Source: a bacterium | Lineage (GTDB): Bacteria > Patescibacteriota > Minisyncoccia > UBA6257 > WO2-44-18 | Direction of reading: 5' to 3' | DNA: 44,756 bases | Assembly: GCA_023244815.1 (NCBI GenBank) | Contig: JAHFLQ010000005.1 | Coordinates: forward strand, 1 to 44,756 | Shown here: one piece after another, positions 26,233-36,230 of the stretch | Layout: each line of letters starts with the position of its first letter | Numbering within the stretch: the stretch's first letter is position 1 | Made by a program: the position numbers and the translations under genes | Notes under the pieces: model-generated | What the model was told of the DNA's origin: nothing | The model's database searches: none | The model's input: only the letters and a program-made list of their open reading frames with translations

Positions 26233-27507
26233 CTACTGCAGCCCCTCGTATTCGCGCAAAGTCAGTTCCGAATCCAGCTGTTTGATTGTTTCTAGCGCCA
26301 CCGATACCACGATCAGCAAGGCCGTGCCGCCGATGGTTAGAGCCTGAATACCAGTCAACATCTGAACCAAATTTGGCAAGACGGCAATTAATCCCAGAAA
26401 GATAGCGCCGAATAACGTAATCCGTTTGGTTAGTTTCCCTAAAAAGTCTCCGGTGGATTCGCCCGGGCGAATGCCGGGTACGAATCCACCGCTCTGTTGG
26501 AGATTTTTGGCGATTTCTTTCGGGTCAAAAGTAACCGCTGTGTAGAAATAGGTAAATAGGACAACCAAAAAGAAATAAAGCGCGCTGTAAATCAACTGAT
26601 TGCTCAAAAATGAATTCACAACCGTCTGCACTTTTACTGAAAGCCCAGGCGAAAAGATCGCCAAAATCTGGCCGAAGAATTGCGGAAAGAGCATTATAGA
26701 AATAGCAAAGATAATTGGAATTACTCCGGCCTGGTTGATTTTCATTGGCAAGTAACTCGCGACACCGCCGTAAACCTTATTGCCACGAATGCGCCGCGAG
26801 TAAGAAATAGGCACTTTGCGTTCTCCTTCATTAATAATTACCACACCGGCAATAATCAGTACGCTCAGTATGATAAAGGCAAGGTAGGTCGGAAGATTTG
26901 CCGGATCAAAAGAGACGATGGCGGTCCGAACCGCTATCGGTATCCGATCCACTATACCGGCAAAGATGATCAATGAGATACCATTGCCAATTTTCTGTTC
27001 AGTGATCAACTCGCCAATCCACATCAAAACTAAGCTACCGGTTGTGATGATCAGCACGTTTACCAGCAAATCCAGGGCCGAAAGAGAGCCTAAGACCTGT
27101 TGGCTCTTTAAAAGATTCAAAAATCCGTAGCCCTGCAGGGCCGCTAGCGGTACGGTTAGCCACCGAGAATAACGATTAAACTTGGCTTTGCCGGCCGCCC
27201 CCTCTTCATAGTAGGCCTGTTTCAACGAAGGAAAAATCATAGTCAACAGCTGCATGATAATAGTCGCGGTTATGTATGGGCCGACGCCCAGCATCACGAT
27301 AGACAAACGGGAAAGCCCGCCGCCGGAAAAGATATTCAAAAATCCGAAAATTTGGTTGGAGTTTAAAAACTGCGTCAAACGAGCGGCGTCAATTCCGGGA
27401 ATAGGGATGGTGCCCAACAAACGAAAAGCAACCAGACCCAATAAAACATAAAAAACCTTTTTGCGAAGGTCTGGAACCCGGAATATTTGTAAAAGTTTTC
27501 CAAACAT
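26233..27507 (-). CDS. secY: preprotein translocase SecY
   Basis: LGVGPYITATII, GNGISLIIFAGI, NQAGVIPIIFA, PGIRPG. Confidence 0.98.
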   Translation of the reverse strand: MFGKLLQIFRVPDLRKKVFYVLLGLVAFRLLGTIPIPGIDAARLTQFLNSNQIFGFLNIFSGGGLSRLSIVMLGVGPYITATIIMQLLTMIFPSLKQAYYEEGAAGKAKFNRYSRWLTVPLAALQGYGFLNLLKSQQVLGSLSALDLLVNVLIITTGSLVLMWIGELITEQKIGNGISLIIFAGIVDRIPIAVRTAIVSFDPANLPTYLAFIILSVLIIAGVVIINEGERKVPISYSRRIRGNKVYGGVASYLPMKINQAGVIPIIFAISIMLFPQFFGQILAIFSPGLSVKVQTVVNSFLSNQLIYSALYFFLVVLFTYFYTAVTFDPKEIAKNLQQSGGFVPGIRPGESTGDFLGKLTKRITLFGAIFLGLIAVLPNLVQMLTGIQALTIGGTALLIVVSVALETIKQLDSELTLREYEGLQ

Positions 27508-27508
27508 A

Positions 27509-27922
27509 CTAATTGCTAATCTCTGTTTTCTCTATTCGCCCGCCGGCGGCCTCTATTTTTTTCTTTGCCGATTCGGAGACAGGCAGCCCCTCGACGGTAA
27601 TCGCCATTTTTACCTCACCGTCACCGAGAATTTTTACCTTTTTGCCCAGAATCCGCTCATTGATTATGCCGTCTTTCGCGTACTTTTCCAAATCGCCCAC
27701 ATTCAAAACCGCTTCAGCCTGACTAAAAGGCCGATTTTTAATACCGCGCAGTTTTGGAAGCCGCATATAAAAATCTCGTTCGGCTGGTCGAATACGCCGG
27801 CCGGCGCGGGCCTTTTGTCCTTTCTGTCCTTTTCCAGAAGTTGTCCCACGCTTGCCGCTGCGGCCAACGCGAGTTTTCTTTTCCGTCAAAGGATGGGCTG
27901 GTTTTAGTTCGTGAAGTTGCAT
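27509..27922 (-). CDS. rplO: 50S ribosomal protein uL15
   Basis: RVGR..KRGTTSGKGQKGQKAR, RLPK, KIEAAGG. Confidence 0.96.
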   Translation of the reverse strand: MQLHELKPAHPLTEKKTRVGRSGKRGTTSGKGQKGQKARAGRRIRPAERDFYMRLPKLRGIKNRPFSQAEAVLNVGDLEKYAKDGIINERILGKKVKILGDGEVKMAITVEGLPVSESAKKKIEAAGGRIEKTEISN

Positions 27923-27985
27923 GCGAATTTTGTCTAAATTTTCGAGCTCAACTGTAGCGAAGAAAATTTAGCCACAAAATTGAGC

Positions 27986-28093
27986 ACCCCGTTAGATGCG
28001 AAAAAGGCTACGGGGATACCCTTGATTCGACTTTCTTTCATTACATTTATTATCATTTTGGTTATTGGTTGTTTGGTCGCTATCTAACGGGGT
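27986..28093. mobile_element. 108-bp TIR-bounded element, copy 1 (MITE/REP-like)
   Basis: ACCCCGTTAGAT ... ATCTAACGGGGT; homologous to 41368-41474. Confidence 0.7.
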
Positions 28094-28148
28094 AAAGGTT
28101 TGGTTTTGCAAAATTCTATGCCTTTGGCTTGAATTTTGCAACCAAGTC

Positions 28149-28727
28149 CTATACTTTTAAATTCTTCAGCGCGGCAATAGTCGCGAGGGCGTTGGTTAAT
28201 TTATTCGGCGTGCGGCCTAGGCATTTGGCAGTAGCATCTTTGATGCCGGCCATAGACAGCACTACCCGGACAGCGCCTCCTGCCTTTAAGCCATGCCCCT
28301 CAACGGCCGGCTTGATTCGAACCTTAGCCGCGCTGAATTTCGCCTCTACCTCGTGCGGGATTGTTCTGCCTTTTAAGGTAATATTAAATAAATTTTTTAC
28401 GGCGTCATTTTTGGATTTAGCAACGGCGGACTGCACATCCAGCCCCTTTGCGATGCCAACGCCAACCCTCCCCTTCTCGTCTCCAAGAATCACTGTGACG
28501 CGGAAACGGAAACGTTTGCCGCCGGCCACTACGCGGGTAACGCGCCGCAAATCTAAAACTTTGTCTTTTAACCCCATGGGGTTTTGCTCTTTCGGTTTGC
28601 CGCCAAAACGGCGATGGCCGCCCGGGCGCCCGCCGAAACCACGGCCCATTGGCTTGCCGGCAGGCATGGTCGGACGATTTCCGTCTGGCTGAGTATTGGC
28701 TGAAACTGTTGGTTTTGTGTTTTCCAT
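28149..28727 (-). CDS. rpsE: 30S ribosomal protein uS5
   Basis: RVTRVVAGGKRFRF, AGGAVR. Confidence 0.97.
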   Translation of the reverse strand: MENTKPTVSANTQPDGNRPTMPAGKPMGRGFGGRPGGHRRFGGKPKEQNPMGLKDKVLDLRRVTRVVAGGKRFRFRVTVILGDEKGRVGVGIAKGLDVQSAVAKSKNDAVKNLFNITLKGRTIPHEVEAKFSAAKVRIKPAVEGHGLKAGGAVRVVLSMAGIKDATAKCLGRTPNKLTNALATIAALKNLKV

Positions 28728-28732
28728 AATCT

Positions 28733-29086
28733 TTAAATATTTAATCCTCCTTCCCGCGCTCCTTCGGCAACGGCCCTGACTCTGCCGTGATATTTATAAA
28801 AAGATCGGCTAAAAACAGCAGTTTTGATGCCAGCCTTTTTAGCTTTCTCCGCAATCAGCGCACCCAGGGCTTTGGCAAGCTCGACTTTCTTCCCCTTTTT
28901 GCCAAGCTCTCTAGTGGAAGCGGCGGCCACGGTGTTGCCTTTAGCGTCATCAATTAACTGCGCATAGGTATACTGATTACTTCGAAATACCGCCAAGCGT
29001 GGCTTTTTAGCGGTACCGAAAATTCTCGCCCGAGAACGATTCTTACGCAATCCCCTATTTAAGTTTTTTTTGTTTAGTTTTTTCAT
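28733..29086 (-). CDS. rplR: 50S ribosomal protein uL18
   Basis: PRLAVFRSN, YHGRVRAVAEGAREGGL. Confidence 0.97.
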   Translation of the reverse strand: MKKLNKKNLNRGLRKNRSRARIFGTAKKPRLAVFRSNQYTYAQLIDDAKGNTVAAASTRELGKKGKKVELAKALGALIAEKAKKAGIKTAVFSRSFYKYHGRVRAVAEGAREGGLNI

Positions 29087-29107
29087 AAAGCTACTCTTAA
29101 TCTATTT

Positions 29108-29659
29108 TTAAGCAGCTGCGCCAACTCCGGCAACCTTTTTACCGGCTTTACGGCGTACTGCTTCACCCTGATAGTGGATGCCCTTTCCTTTATACGGTTC
29201 TGGCGGCGATACTTTGCGGATTTTCGCGGCGGTTTCCCCAACCAAGAATTTGTCCATGCCGGAAACCTTAATCATATTTTTTTCTAAAGTTAATTTAATT
29301 CCAGATGGCGGCGTTAATTTTACGGGATGGGTTAGCCCAACATTTAAAACTAAATTAGCTCCTTCCATATTGGCCTTATAGCCGATACCCTCGATCTCCA
29401 AAACTTTCGTGAAGCCCTTACTGACCCCCTCAACCGCGTTTTTAGCAAGCGATGCTATCGTTCCCCAATTGGCCCGCCCCTGTTTCGTTGGCTGGCTCAG
29501 CGTAAAGGATAATTGATTGTCTTTCAGTTCTGCCGTGATATGGGGCAAAACTTTAACAGCCAATCTGCCCTCTTTTCCGGAAAACTCCAAAACGCCGTCA
29601 GTCAGTTTCGCCTGAACGCCGTCTGGAATTATCAATGGTTTTTTCGCAAGTTTGCTCAT
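29108..29659 (-). CDS. rplF: 50S ribosomal protein uL6
   Basis: MSKLAKKP start, GIGYKA, PEPYKGKGI. Confidence 0.97.
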   Translation of the reverse strand: MSKLAKKPLIIPDGVQAKLTDGVLEFSGKEGRLAVKVLPHITAELKDNQLSFTLSQPTKQGRANWGTIASLAKNAVEGVSKGFTKVLEIEGIGYKANMEGANLVLNVGLTHPVKLTPPSGIKLTLEKNMIKVSGMDKFLVGETAAKIRKVSPPEPYKGKGIHYQGEAVRRKAGKKVAGVGAAA

Positions 29660-29675
29660 TTTATTTATTATCGAG

Positions 29676-30056
29676 CTACCATATTTCGAATAGTAGTTGC
29701 CCGCCAATCTTCGCTTTTTTAGCTGCCAATGTAGTCATTAACCCTTTGGAGGTGGAAACAATCGCGAGGCCGTAACCCTGTTTGATTTTTCGGAACTCAG
29801 AATAGCCGGCATACAGCCTCCGTGACGGCTTACTTAAAATATTGATGCCATTAATTGCCCCTTTCCCGTTAGCGTACTTTAATTTTATTTCGATGATGCG
29901 CTTAGGCATCCTGCCCTTTTTAGCCACAGTGTCGAGGTAACTATTTTTAGCAAGTATTTCCGCGACTGCGAAATCTAGGTTCGAGTAAGGAACTTTCAGC
30001 GCGTCTTTCTTGGCTTTCTGAGCGTTTTTAACTTTAGTTAGTAAATCCGTATACAT
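29676..30056 (-). CDS. rpsH: 30S ribosomal protein uS8
   Basis: DLLTKVKNA, SKPSRRLY, STSKGLM. Confidence 0.96.
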   Translation of the reverse strand: MYTDLLTKVKNAQKAKKDALKVPYSNLDFAVAEILAKNSYLDTVAKKGRMPKRIIEIKLKYANGKGAINGINILSKPSRRLYAGYSEFRKIKQGYGLAIVSTSKGLMTTLAAKKAKIGGQLLFEIW

Positions 30057-30070
30057 AATTTCTGTTGTGC

Positions 30071-30256
30071 CTACCAAGACGACTTTTTCACTCCGGGAAT
30101 TTCGCCGCGGCTCGCTAACTCGCGGAAACAGATGCGGCAAATTCCGAATGACCTCATAAAGCCGCGTCGGCGCCCGCAGCGAAAACATCGGCTGACGATC
30201 CGAGTAGAATATTTTGGTTTTTTTAGCGCTCGCGCGACAACTGATTTTTTAGCCAT
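30071..30256 (-). CDS. rpsN: 30S ribosomal protein uS14 (Zn type)
   Basis: [28 protein letters not shown]. Confidence 0.97.
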   Translation of the reverse strand: MAKKSVVARALKKPKYSTRIVSRCFRCGRRRGFMRSFGICRICFRELASRGEIPGVKKSSW

Positions 30257-30776
30257 TTTTATTATTTTTATTTCTGGCTTCTGTTTTGGCGAAAGGCACC
30301 CCAATCTCTTTATAAAGCTCCAATGCTTTCACGCGATCTCTGATCGTTTTTGGTACAACCGTAACCTCGAGGCCAAAACTAATTCTCGAGGCTTCTTGGG
30401 CTATCTCCGGAAAAACGGATGAATCTTTGATGCCAAAAGTAAGATTGCCGTGGGAATCAACATTTTTTTGGTTTAAGCCGCGAAAATCGCGCACGCGCGG
30501 CAAAACTACTTTCGTTACCTTGTCCAAGAACTGGGCCATTCGATTCTTACGGAGGGTAGCCTTCAGGCCAACAATAACGCCTTCCCGCAATTTAAATCCG
30601 GAAATGGATTTAACCGCCGGTCGGAGCATAGGCTTTTGGCCAGTGATATTGGCAAAGTCTTTTTCAATCGACGGTAAAACCTTATCAGAAAAATTAGGCA
30701 ATTGAGCAATTTTTCCAATACCGCTATTCACTACCACCTTCTCGAAGCTTTTGTATAGATTTTTTGTCATCAGCAT
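30249..30776 (-). CDS. rplE: 50S ribosomal protein uL5 (N-terminally shortened)
   Basis: [28 protein letters not shown]. Confidence 0.96.
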   Translation of the reverse strand: MLMTKNLYKSFEKVVVNSGIGKIAQLPNFSDKVLPSIEKDFANITGQKPMLRPAVKSISGFKLREGVIVGLKATLRKNRMAQFLDKVTKVVLPRVRDFRGLNQKNVDSHGNLTFGIKDSSVFPEIAQEASRISFGLEVTVVPKTIRDRVKALELYKEIGVPFAKTEARNKNNKNG

Positions 30777-30778
30777 AG

Positions 30779-31090
30779 TTAAATGGCGCTGTTGCATTTT
30801 TTGCAGTAGCGGGTTTTGACCGAACCGTCTTTTTCCAGCCGGTAACCAACCCTTGCCGCTTCTTTACAGCTAGGACAGACTAACATAATTTTCGAAATAT
30901 TTAAAGGGGCGGGCACAGACACTAACTGGCCCTTTTCGCCCTGTTTTTTGGGGCGTGAATGCTTTTTAATCAGGTTCAGGCCTTCCGCTACCAGAGCCAT
31001 TGCCTTCGGATCAACCCTAAGCACCTTTCCGGTTTTGCCGGAGTCCTTGCCAACCATTACTTTAATTGTATCGCCTTTATGAATTTTCAT
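30779..31090 (-). CDS. rplX: 50S ribosomal protein uL24
   Basis: KIHKGDTIKVMVGKDSGKTGKV (KOW). Confidence 0.96.
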   Translation of the reverse strand: MKIHKGDTIKVMVGKDSGKTGKVLRVDPKAMALVAEGLNLIKKHSRPKKQGEKGQLVSVPAPLNISKIMLVCPSCKEAARVGYRLEKDGSVKTRYCKKCNSAI

Positions 31091-31094
31091 TTTA

Positions 31095-31463
31095 TTAGAG
31101 TATTTCCTCGGCCATTGAAGCAATGCTGTCATAGCCCAATTCTTTTATCTCACGGGGAAGTGGGCCGAAGATGCGCGTACCCTTTGGTTCCATCTTTTCA
31201 TCGATAATTACCGCTGCATTTTCATCAAAGCGGATATAAGAACCATCCAAGCGGCGGGTGGCCTTCCGTTGGCGGACAATCACCGCCTTTACGATATCCT
31301 TTTTCTTAATCGCTTTTCTCGGCTCAGCTACCTGAACGGAGGCAATAATGATATCCCCTAGCTCCGCATAGCGCCGGCGGGAACCGCCGAGAACCCTAAA
31401 GCACCGGATTGTTTTGGCTCCAGTATTGTCGGCAACTTTTAATATGGCGCGTTCTTGGATCAT
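31095..31463 (-). CDS. rplN: 50S ribosomal protein uL14
   Basis: [22 protein letters not shown]. Confidence 0.98.
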   Translation of the reverse strand: MIQERAILKVADNTGAKTIRCFRVLGGSRRRYAELGDIIIASVQVAEPRKAIKKKDIVKAVIVRQRKATRRLDGSYIRFDENAAVIIDEKMEPKGTRIFGPLPREIKELGYDSIASMAEEIL

Positions 31464-31473
31464 GGTGCAATAT

Positions 31474-31725
31474 TTAAATCTTACTGATAACTCGCCACCG
31501 TTTTTCTTTGGACAGTGGGCGGGTTTCTTCGATGATCACTCTATCCCCTACTTTGTACTCACGATTTTCGTCGTGAGCCTTAAACCGGTTAGTAACCTTG
31601 TAGTACTTCAAATATTTCGGATGTTTCCGCTCATGAACAATCTCAACCACAACGGTTTTTTGCATTTTGTCCGAAACCACGACTCCTTGGAGTCTTCGCT
31701 TTTTAATATCTTTTGTCATAGTCAT
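31474..31725 (-). CDS. rpsQ: 30S ribosomal protein uS17
   Basis: [26 protein letters not shown]. Confidence 0.97.
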   Translation of the reverse strand: MTMTKDIKKRRLQGVVVSDKMQKTVVVEIVHERKHPKYLKYYKVTNRFKAHDENREYKVGDRVIIEETRPLSKEKRWRVISKI

Positions 31726-31730
31726 TGTAA

Positions 31731-31931
31731 TTATTTATTTTTATTCTGGTTTATCAGTGTCAGAATAATAGCAATCGCTTTTTTAGAAACATTAATTTCC
31801 TTAACATTTTTGACTTTGCCGGCGGCTAGGTCGGTCCTAAGCGTCCAAAGCTTGTCGCGGTATTCTGCCAAATTCTTCTCTAATTCCACAAGCGTCTTAT
31901 TCTTAAATTGTTCCAGCTCTTTTTTCTTCAT
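31731..31931 (-). CDS. rpmC: 50S ribosomal protein uL29
   Basis: Position between rplP and rpsQ; KKAIAIILT helix. Confidence 0.9.
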   Translation of the reverse strand: MKKKELEQFKNKTLVELEKNLAEYRDKLWTLRTDLAAGKVKNVKEINVSKKAIAIILTLINQNKNK

Positions 31932-31933
31932 AG

Positions 31934-32350
31934 TTATTTTTTATTTTCTATAATTCTGGTCCGGCACGGCAACTTAAAACCGGCCAGGCGCAAAGCCGCT
32001 TTCGCTATTTCTGGTTTGACCCCGTCCATCTCAAATAAAACCCGGCCAGGCTTTACCGCGAAAACGTAGTGGTCTACGGAGCCTTTACCGCCGCCCATAG
32101 TCAGTTCCGGCGGCCGCTTAGTGATCGGTTTATCCGGAAAGATGCGTATCCAAACCTTTCCTTCGCGTTTTATGAAGTTGCTGATGGTCCGGCGAGCGGC
32201 CTCGATCTGTCTAGAATTTACCCAGGCCATACTTTCGGATTTTAATCCAAAACTTCCGAAGGCTAATGAAGTACCCCGGCTTTCGGTTTTGCTCCAACGA
32301 GCGCGCCCCTTCATCCATTTTCGATGTTTTACTTTCTTAGGAACTAACAT
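31934..32350 (-). CDS. rplP: 50S ribosomal protein uL16
   Basis: RQIEAARR, WIRIFPDKPIT, MGGGKG. Confidence 0.98.
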   Translation of the reverse strand: MLVPKKVKHRKWMKGRARWSKTESRGTSLAFGSFGLKSESMAWVNSRQIEAARRTISNFIKREGKVWIRIFPDKPITKRPPELTMGGGKGSVDHYVFAVKPGRVLFEMDGVKPEIAKAALRLAGFKLPCRTRIIENKK

Positions 32351-32374
32351 GATGGTATTTAAATAGTTGTATGT

Positions 32375-33070
32375 TTAAACATGGCGTCTCGCGTCGTCTT
32401 TTTCAAAAATTTCACCTTTATAAATCCAAACTTTTACGCCCACTGTCCCATAGGAGTTAAAGGCAGTAGCCTCCCCATAATCAATATTGGCACGCAAAGT
32501 CTGCAGAGGAAGTTTTCCTTTGGCTAACCACTCACGGCGGGCGATTTCATTGCCGTCTAACCGACCGGAAAGTCTGATTTTCGCGCCCTGCACGTCTCGG
32601 CTTTGCATAAGATTCTCCAGGTACTTCTTCATTGTTCGGCGGAAAGGCAGGCGTTTTTCCAAATCCCAAGCAATGGATTGCGCCACATACTGGGCTGCTA
32701 CATCCGAACGTTTCAATTCTTCCACGTTAACACTAATGCCAAACTTAACCGGGCCGGAACCGCGTTTGTTCAATAGTTTTTGCAAAGCGGAGCGGATCAC
32801 GGTAGAAAGTTCTTCGATACCTTTACCGCCGCGGCCGATCACCAAGCCCGGTTTGGCCGCCTTAATATTAATTCGGAAAGAGTTGTCGGCTGCCCGTTCG
32901 ATCTCAATGTTAACAATACCAGCCAAGCCGATCTTTTGACCGACAATCTTACGTATCAAAACATCTTCCTGAAGTTGATTTTTAAATTTCAGGTTTTTGG
33001 GCATCCAACGCGAATTCCAGTTGAAGATAATTCCCAGGCGATGCGAAAATGGTCGAATTTTATTTCCCAT
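32375..33070 (-). CDS. rpsC: 30S ribosomal protein uS3
   Basis: PGLVIGRGG, SGRLDGNEIAR, PLQTLRANIDY. Confidence 0.98.
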   Translation of the reverse strand: MGNKIRPFSHRLGIIFNWNSRWMPKNLKFKNQLQEDVLIRKIVGQKIGLAGIVNIEIERAADNSFRINIKAAKPGLVIGRGGKGIEELSTVIRSALQKLLNKRGSGPVKFGISVNVEELKRSDVAAQYVAQSIAWDLEKRLPFRRTMKKYLENLMQSRDVQGAKIRLSGRLDGNEIARREWLAKGKLPLQTLRANIDYGEATAFNSYGTVGVKVWIYKGEIFEKDDARRHV

Positions 33071-33087
33071 AAGGTTGATTTTGAGTA

Positions 33088-33588
33088 TTAAATAGATTTT
33101 CTTTGGAAAATACGCCTAAGGAAGCCTGGTTTTTTAACAGCCGCCGCCTTACTCGCCTCTTCCGTTCTTGGTCGGACCTTTTCTTTGATTTTCTTAGTTT
33201 TCTTAGTCGGAGGATTAATTACGAAACGATTTATTTTCAGCGTTGGCGCTTCCTCGAGAGTCAACACCACGTGGCTCATTTTCTTATGAATGGCGGCGGC
33301 GCGTCCTTGCGCGCGCGGCATAAACCGCTTCAGCATTGGGCCAGGATTTACTAAAATAGAACTGACAAACATTTTTGAAACATCCAATTTGTTATTTTTC
33401 GCGTTGGCTAGGGCCGATCGTAGAAGTTTCAGCAACGGCTTAGAAGATCGCTGGACGCGGAAGAGCAGCTGCGCTTCTGCTTCCTGGACGGACAGGCCTT
33501 TTAGGGTATTGGCAATCAGCCGTACCTTACGCGGGGCGATTTTTAGATAATTAAGTTTTGCGGTCTGTACATTTTTTGTCATCGTCAT
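33088..33588 (-). CDS. rplV: 50S ribosomal protein uL22 (C-terminal extension)
   Basis: APRKVRL, KRFMPRAQGRA, SHVVLTL; exact start among nearby start codons uncertain. Confidence 0.96.
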   Translation of the reverse strand: MTMTKNVQTAKLNYLKIAPRKVRLIANTLKGLSVQEAEAQLLFRVQRSSKPLLKLLRSALANAKNNKLDVSKMFVSSILVNPGPMLKRFMPRAQGRAAAIHKKMSHVVLTLEEAPTLKINRFVINPPTKKTKKIKEKVRPRTEEASKAAAVKKPGFLRRIFQRKSI

Positions 33589-33597
33589 GGTCACTGT

Positions 33598-33942
33598 TTA
33601 TTTTCTTCCCGCCTCCGGCGCAGCTTTCGCCGCCTGGGCCTTTTGAGCTTCGGCGACCTGCTGAGCGGTTTCGAGTTCGCGTTGTATTTTACCGCCATGC
33701 TTAACAAATTTACGTGTTGGCGAAAACTCTCCCAAACGATGGCCGACCATCTCTTCTTTAATTAAAACTTCAATGTGGTTCTTGCCGTTATGAACGCCAA
33801 AAGTAAAGCCCACCATTTCTGGAGAAATTTCCGAATCACGTGACCAGGTTTTGATGACCGTTTTATCGCCCAATTTTAATTTAGCCACCTTTTTAAGAAG
33901 CTTTGGGTCTACAAACGGGCCCTTTTTACTTGATCTGCTCAT
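33598..33942 (-). CDS. rpsS: 30S ribosomal protein uS19
   Basis: [33 protein letters not shown]. Confidence 0.98.
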   Translation of the reverse strand: MSRSSKKGPFVDPKLLKKVAKLKLGDKTVIKTWSRDSEISPEMVGFTFGVHNGKNHIEVLIKEEMVGHRLGEFSPTRKFVKHGGKIQRELETAQQVAEAQKAQAAKAAPEAGRK

Positions 33943-33952
33943 GGTTTTAGGT

Positions 33953-34792
33953 TTATCTCACCTTTGGCCGGCGTTGGATTATCCATTTGCCCGACCACTT
34001 CTTTTTATGGCGGGTTTTCCGACCACCAGTAATCTTGCCCCACATTGTTTTCGGACGACGGGTACCCCGAGGTTGTTTGCCTTCACCGCCGCCATATGGG
34101 TGATCTACCGGATTCATAACCGAACCGCGCACTGTTGGGCGAATGCCCAGCCAACGGGACCGGCCGGCTTTTCCGATATTCGTCAGATTATAGTCAATAT
34201 TGGAGACTTGTCCAATAGAGGCCCAGGACTCAGAAGAAACCTTCCTAATTTCTTTAGAGGACATCCGAAGATCGGTTAAGCCGCCTTCATGAGCCAAGAC
34301 TTCGGCGAAAGTGCCCGCAGAGCGAGCCAGCCGCCCTCCCCCGCCAGAACGAATTTCAACATTATGAACCTGATAGCCGACCGGCACATTTTTGATCTTA
34401 ATGCGATTACCCGGTTTTAACGGAGCTTTTTCAGAAGAAATAATCTCATCGCCCACCTTCAGGTCCTTTGGTGCTAAAATATAGCGCCGCTCCCCGTCTT
34501 TGTAGACAACCAAAGAAATAAAGGCGCTGCGGTACGGGTCATATTCAATGCTCTCTACTCGGCCAGGCACATTAAGTTTATTCTGCAGAAAATCGACAAC
34601 CCGGTAGATTTTTTTGTTGCCGCCGCCCTGATGGCGGGTGGTGATAACGCCACGATTATTGCGGCCAGAGTTGGTCCGCAACCTCATTGTCAAAGGTTTG
34701 TGCCGCTTATCTTTTCCAGAAACTAAAAGCGCTCCATAGTCTACTACGGTCATCTGTCGGCGGGATGGGCTTGTTGGTTTAAATGTTTTCAT
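33953..34792 (-). CDS. rplB: 50S ribosomal protein uL2
   Basis: [32 protein letters not shown]. Confidence 0.98.
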   Translation of the reverse strand: MKTFKPTSPSRRQMTVVDYGALLVSGKDKRHKPLTMRLRTNSGRNNRGVITTRHQGGGNKKIYRVVDFLQNKLNVPGRVESIEYDPYRSAFISLVVYKDGERRYILAPKDLKVGDEIISSEKAPLKPGNRIKIKNVPVGYQVHNVEIRSGGGGRLARSAGTFAEVLAHEGGLTDLRMSSKEIRKVSSESWASIGQVSNIDYNLTNIGKAGRSRWLGIRPTVRGSVMNPVDHPYGGGEGKQPRGTRRPKTMWGKITGGRKTRHKKKWSGKWIIQRRPKVR

Positions 34793-34829
34793 AATGAAAG
34801 ATTTAAAAATTTAAATACGGCGTTTCGTG

Positions 34830-35111
34830 TTAAGAATGCGGCAACACGTCTAATTTCTGGCCTTCTTTCAGGGTAATGATCGCCTTACGATACCCCGGCT
34901 TAATACCAACGTAAGAACCCATGCGGCGTGGCTTTGGACGCGCGTTAACAACCTGGATGTTTGTGATGTTGATTTTGTAAATATTTTCCAGAGCTTTTTT
35001 AATCTCTGGTTTAGCGGCACCATCAGTAACCAAAAATATATATTTTCTCATCCCGGCCTGCCGGGTCGCCTTCTCAGTAATTATTGGGTTTTTGATTAAA
35101 AATTTATTCAT
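34830..35111 (-). CDS. rplW: 50S ribosomal protein uL23
   Basis: PIITEKA, KPEIKKALE, KAIITLKEG. Confidence 0.96.
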   Translation of the reverse strand: MNKFLIKNPIITEKATRQAGMRKYIFLVTDGAAKPEIKKALENIYKINITNIQVVNARPKPRRMGSYVGIKPGYRKAIITLKEGQKLDVLPHS

Positions 35112-35126
35112 AGTGAGCTTGTTGCA

Positions 35127-35732
35127 TTATTTAATTTCTTCTACCGCGTTTTTTTCCACCAGAACATTTTTGAATTTCAGCAAATCCTCAACATTCAGAG
35201 AAGGCCCGTTAAGACTTTTCGCTTTGGGAATGTTGCGGGAAACCCGATTAACTAGCTTAACATTTTTAGTCGCGGCGACTAAAAGTGCCGGTAAGAAATT
35301 TTTCACCGCGTTGAACATTAGTTTAGTTTTTGGTGCCGCCACCTCCATAGAATCCAGTATCTTTAATTGGCCGTCGGCCAGTTTTTTAGACAAAACGGAG
35401 TGAATCGCCACGCGAAGCATTTTTTTATTAATTTTTTTGGAATAGTCCCGTTCAACTACGGGACCATGAGTAACGCCACCGCCCCTCCAGATCGGAGAGC
35501 GAATAGAGCCGTGACGAGCGCGTCCAGTGTGCTTTTGTTTCCAGGGTTTTTTGCCGCCGCCGCTCACCTCCGCCCTGTTTTTAGAATGAGCCCAGGGCAG
35601 GCGCCGATTGGCCTGTTGGGAAACCAGTGCCTGATGCACTAAATCGGCATTCCATTCTCGAGCAAAAATTTTATCGGAGAGTTCTATATCCCCAACTGCC
35701 TCGCCTTTTAGGTTGTAGATTTGGGTTTTCAT
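35127..35732 (-). CDS. rplD: 50S ribosomal protein uL4
   Basis: EVSGGGKKPWKQKHTGRARHGSIRSP. Confidence 0.98.
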   Translation of the reverse strand: MKTQIYNLKGEAVGDIELSDKIFAREWNADLVHQALVSQQANRRLPWAHSKNRAEVSGGGKKPWKQKHTGRARHGSIRSPIWRGGGVTHGPVVERDYSKKINKKMLRVAIHSVLSKKLADGQLKILDSMEVAAPKTKLMFNAVKNFLPALLVAATKNVKLVNRVSRNIPKAKSLNGPSLNVEDLLKFKNVLVEKNAVEEIK

Positions 35733-35737
35733 AGCTA

Positions 35738-36157
35738 CTATTTTTTTATCTCCACCTTCCCTCCTGCGTTGCCTGGTACCGCGCCATTTAAAAATAAAAC
35801 CTTATTTTCGGTATTTACGTCCACAACCCTAATATTTTTGGTAGTTACCCGTTCCACGCCCATATGGCCGGCCATGCGACGGCCTGGGATAACTCTTTGA
35901 GGCGTCGTATTGCCGATGGAGCCTGGTCCACGATGGCGGTTTTTTTGGCCATGAGTTCTCGGCCCACCGCTAAAACTGTGCCGTTTGACTACCCCCTGAA
36001 AGCCTTTTCCCTTGGTCACCGCGCTTACTTTTACCAAATCGCCTATTTTTACAGCGTCAAAATTGCCGGTATCAATTTTTACCGGAGTTACTCCGTAAAC
36101 TTTATCATCAGCCCAAAGCTGATCCATTTTTAGTTTTTTCCCAACCAATTTTTCCAT
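35738..36157 (-). CDS. rplC: 50S ribosomal protein uL3, internally deleted (139 aa)
   Basis: LVGKKLKM, KGKGFQGVVKRH, RGPGSIG, MAGHMG, GAVPG; lies between rpsJ and rplD. Confidence 0.93.
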   Translation of the reverse strand: MEKLVGKKLKMDQLWADDKVYGVTPVKIDTGNFDAVKIGDLVKVSAVTKGKGFQGVVKRHSFSGGPRTHGQKNRHRGPGSIGNTTPQRVIPGRRMAGHMGVERVTTKNIRVVDVNTENKVLFLNGAVPGNAGGKVEIKK

Positions 36158-36172
36158 AGTTATGTATGGTTT

Positions 36173-36210
36173 CAACAAAAACAGCGGCTATTCAGCCGCT
36201 GTTTTTGTTG
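36173..36210. terminator. perfect 17-bp hairpin between rpsJ and rplC
   Basis: CAACAAAAACAGCGGCT-attc-AGCCGCTGTTTTTGTTG. Confidence 0.6.
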
Positions 36211-36230
36211 CTGACATAGTGATAACGATT

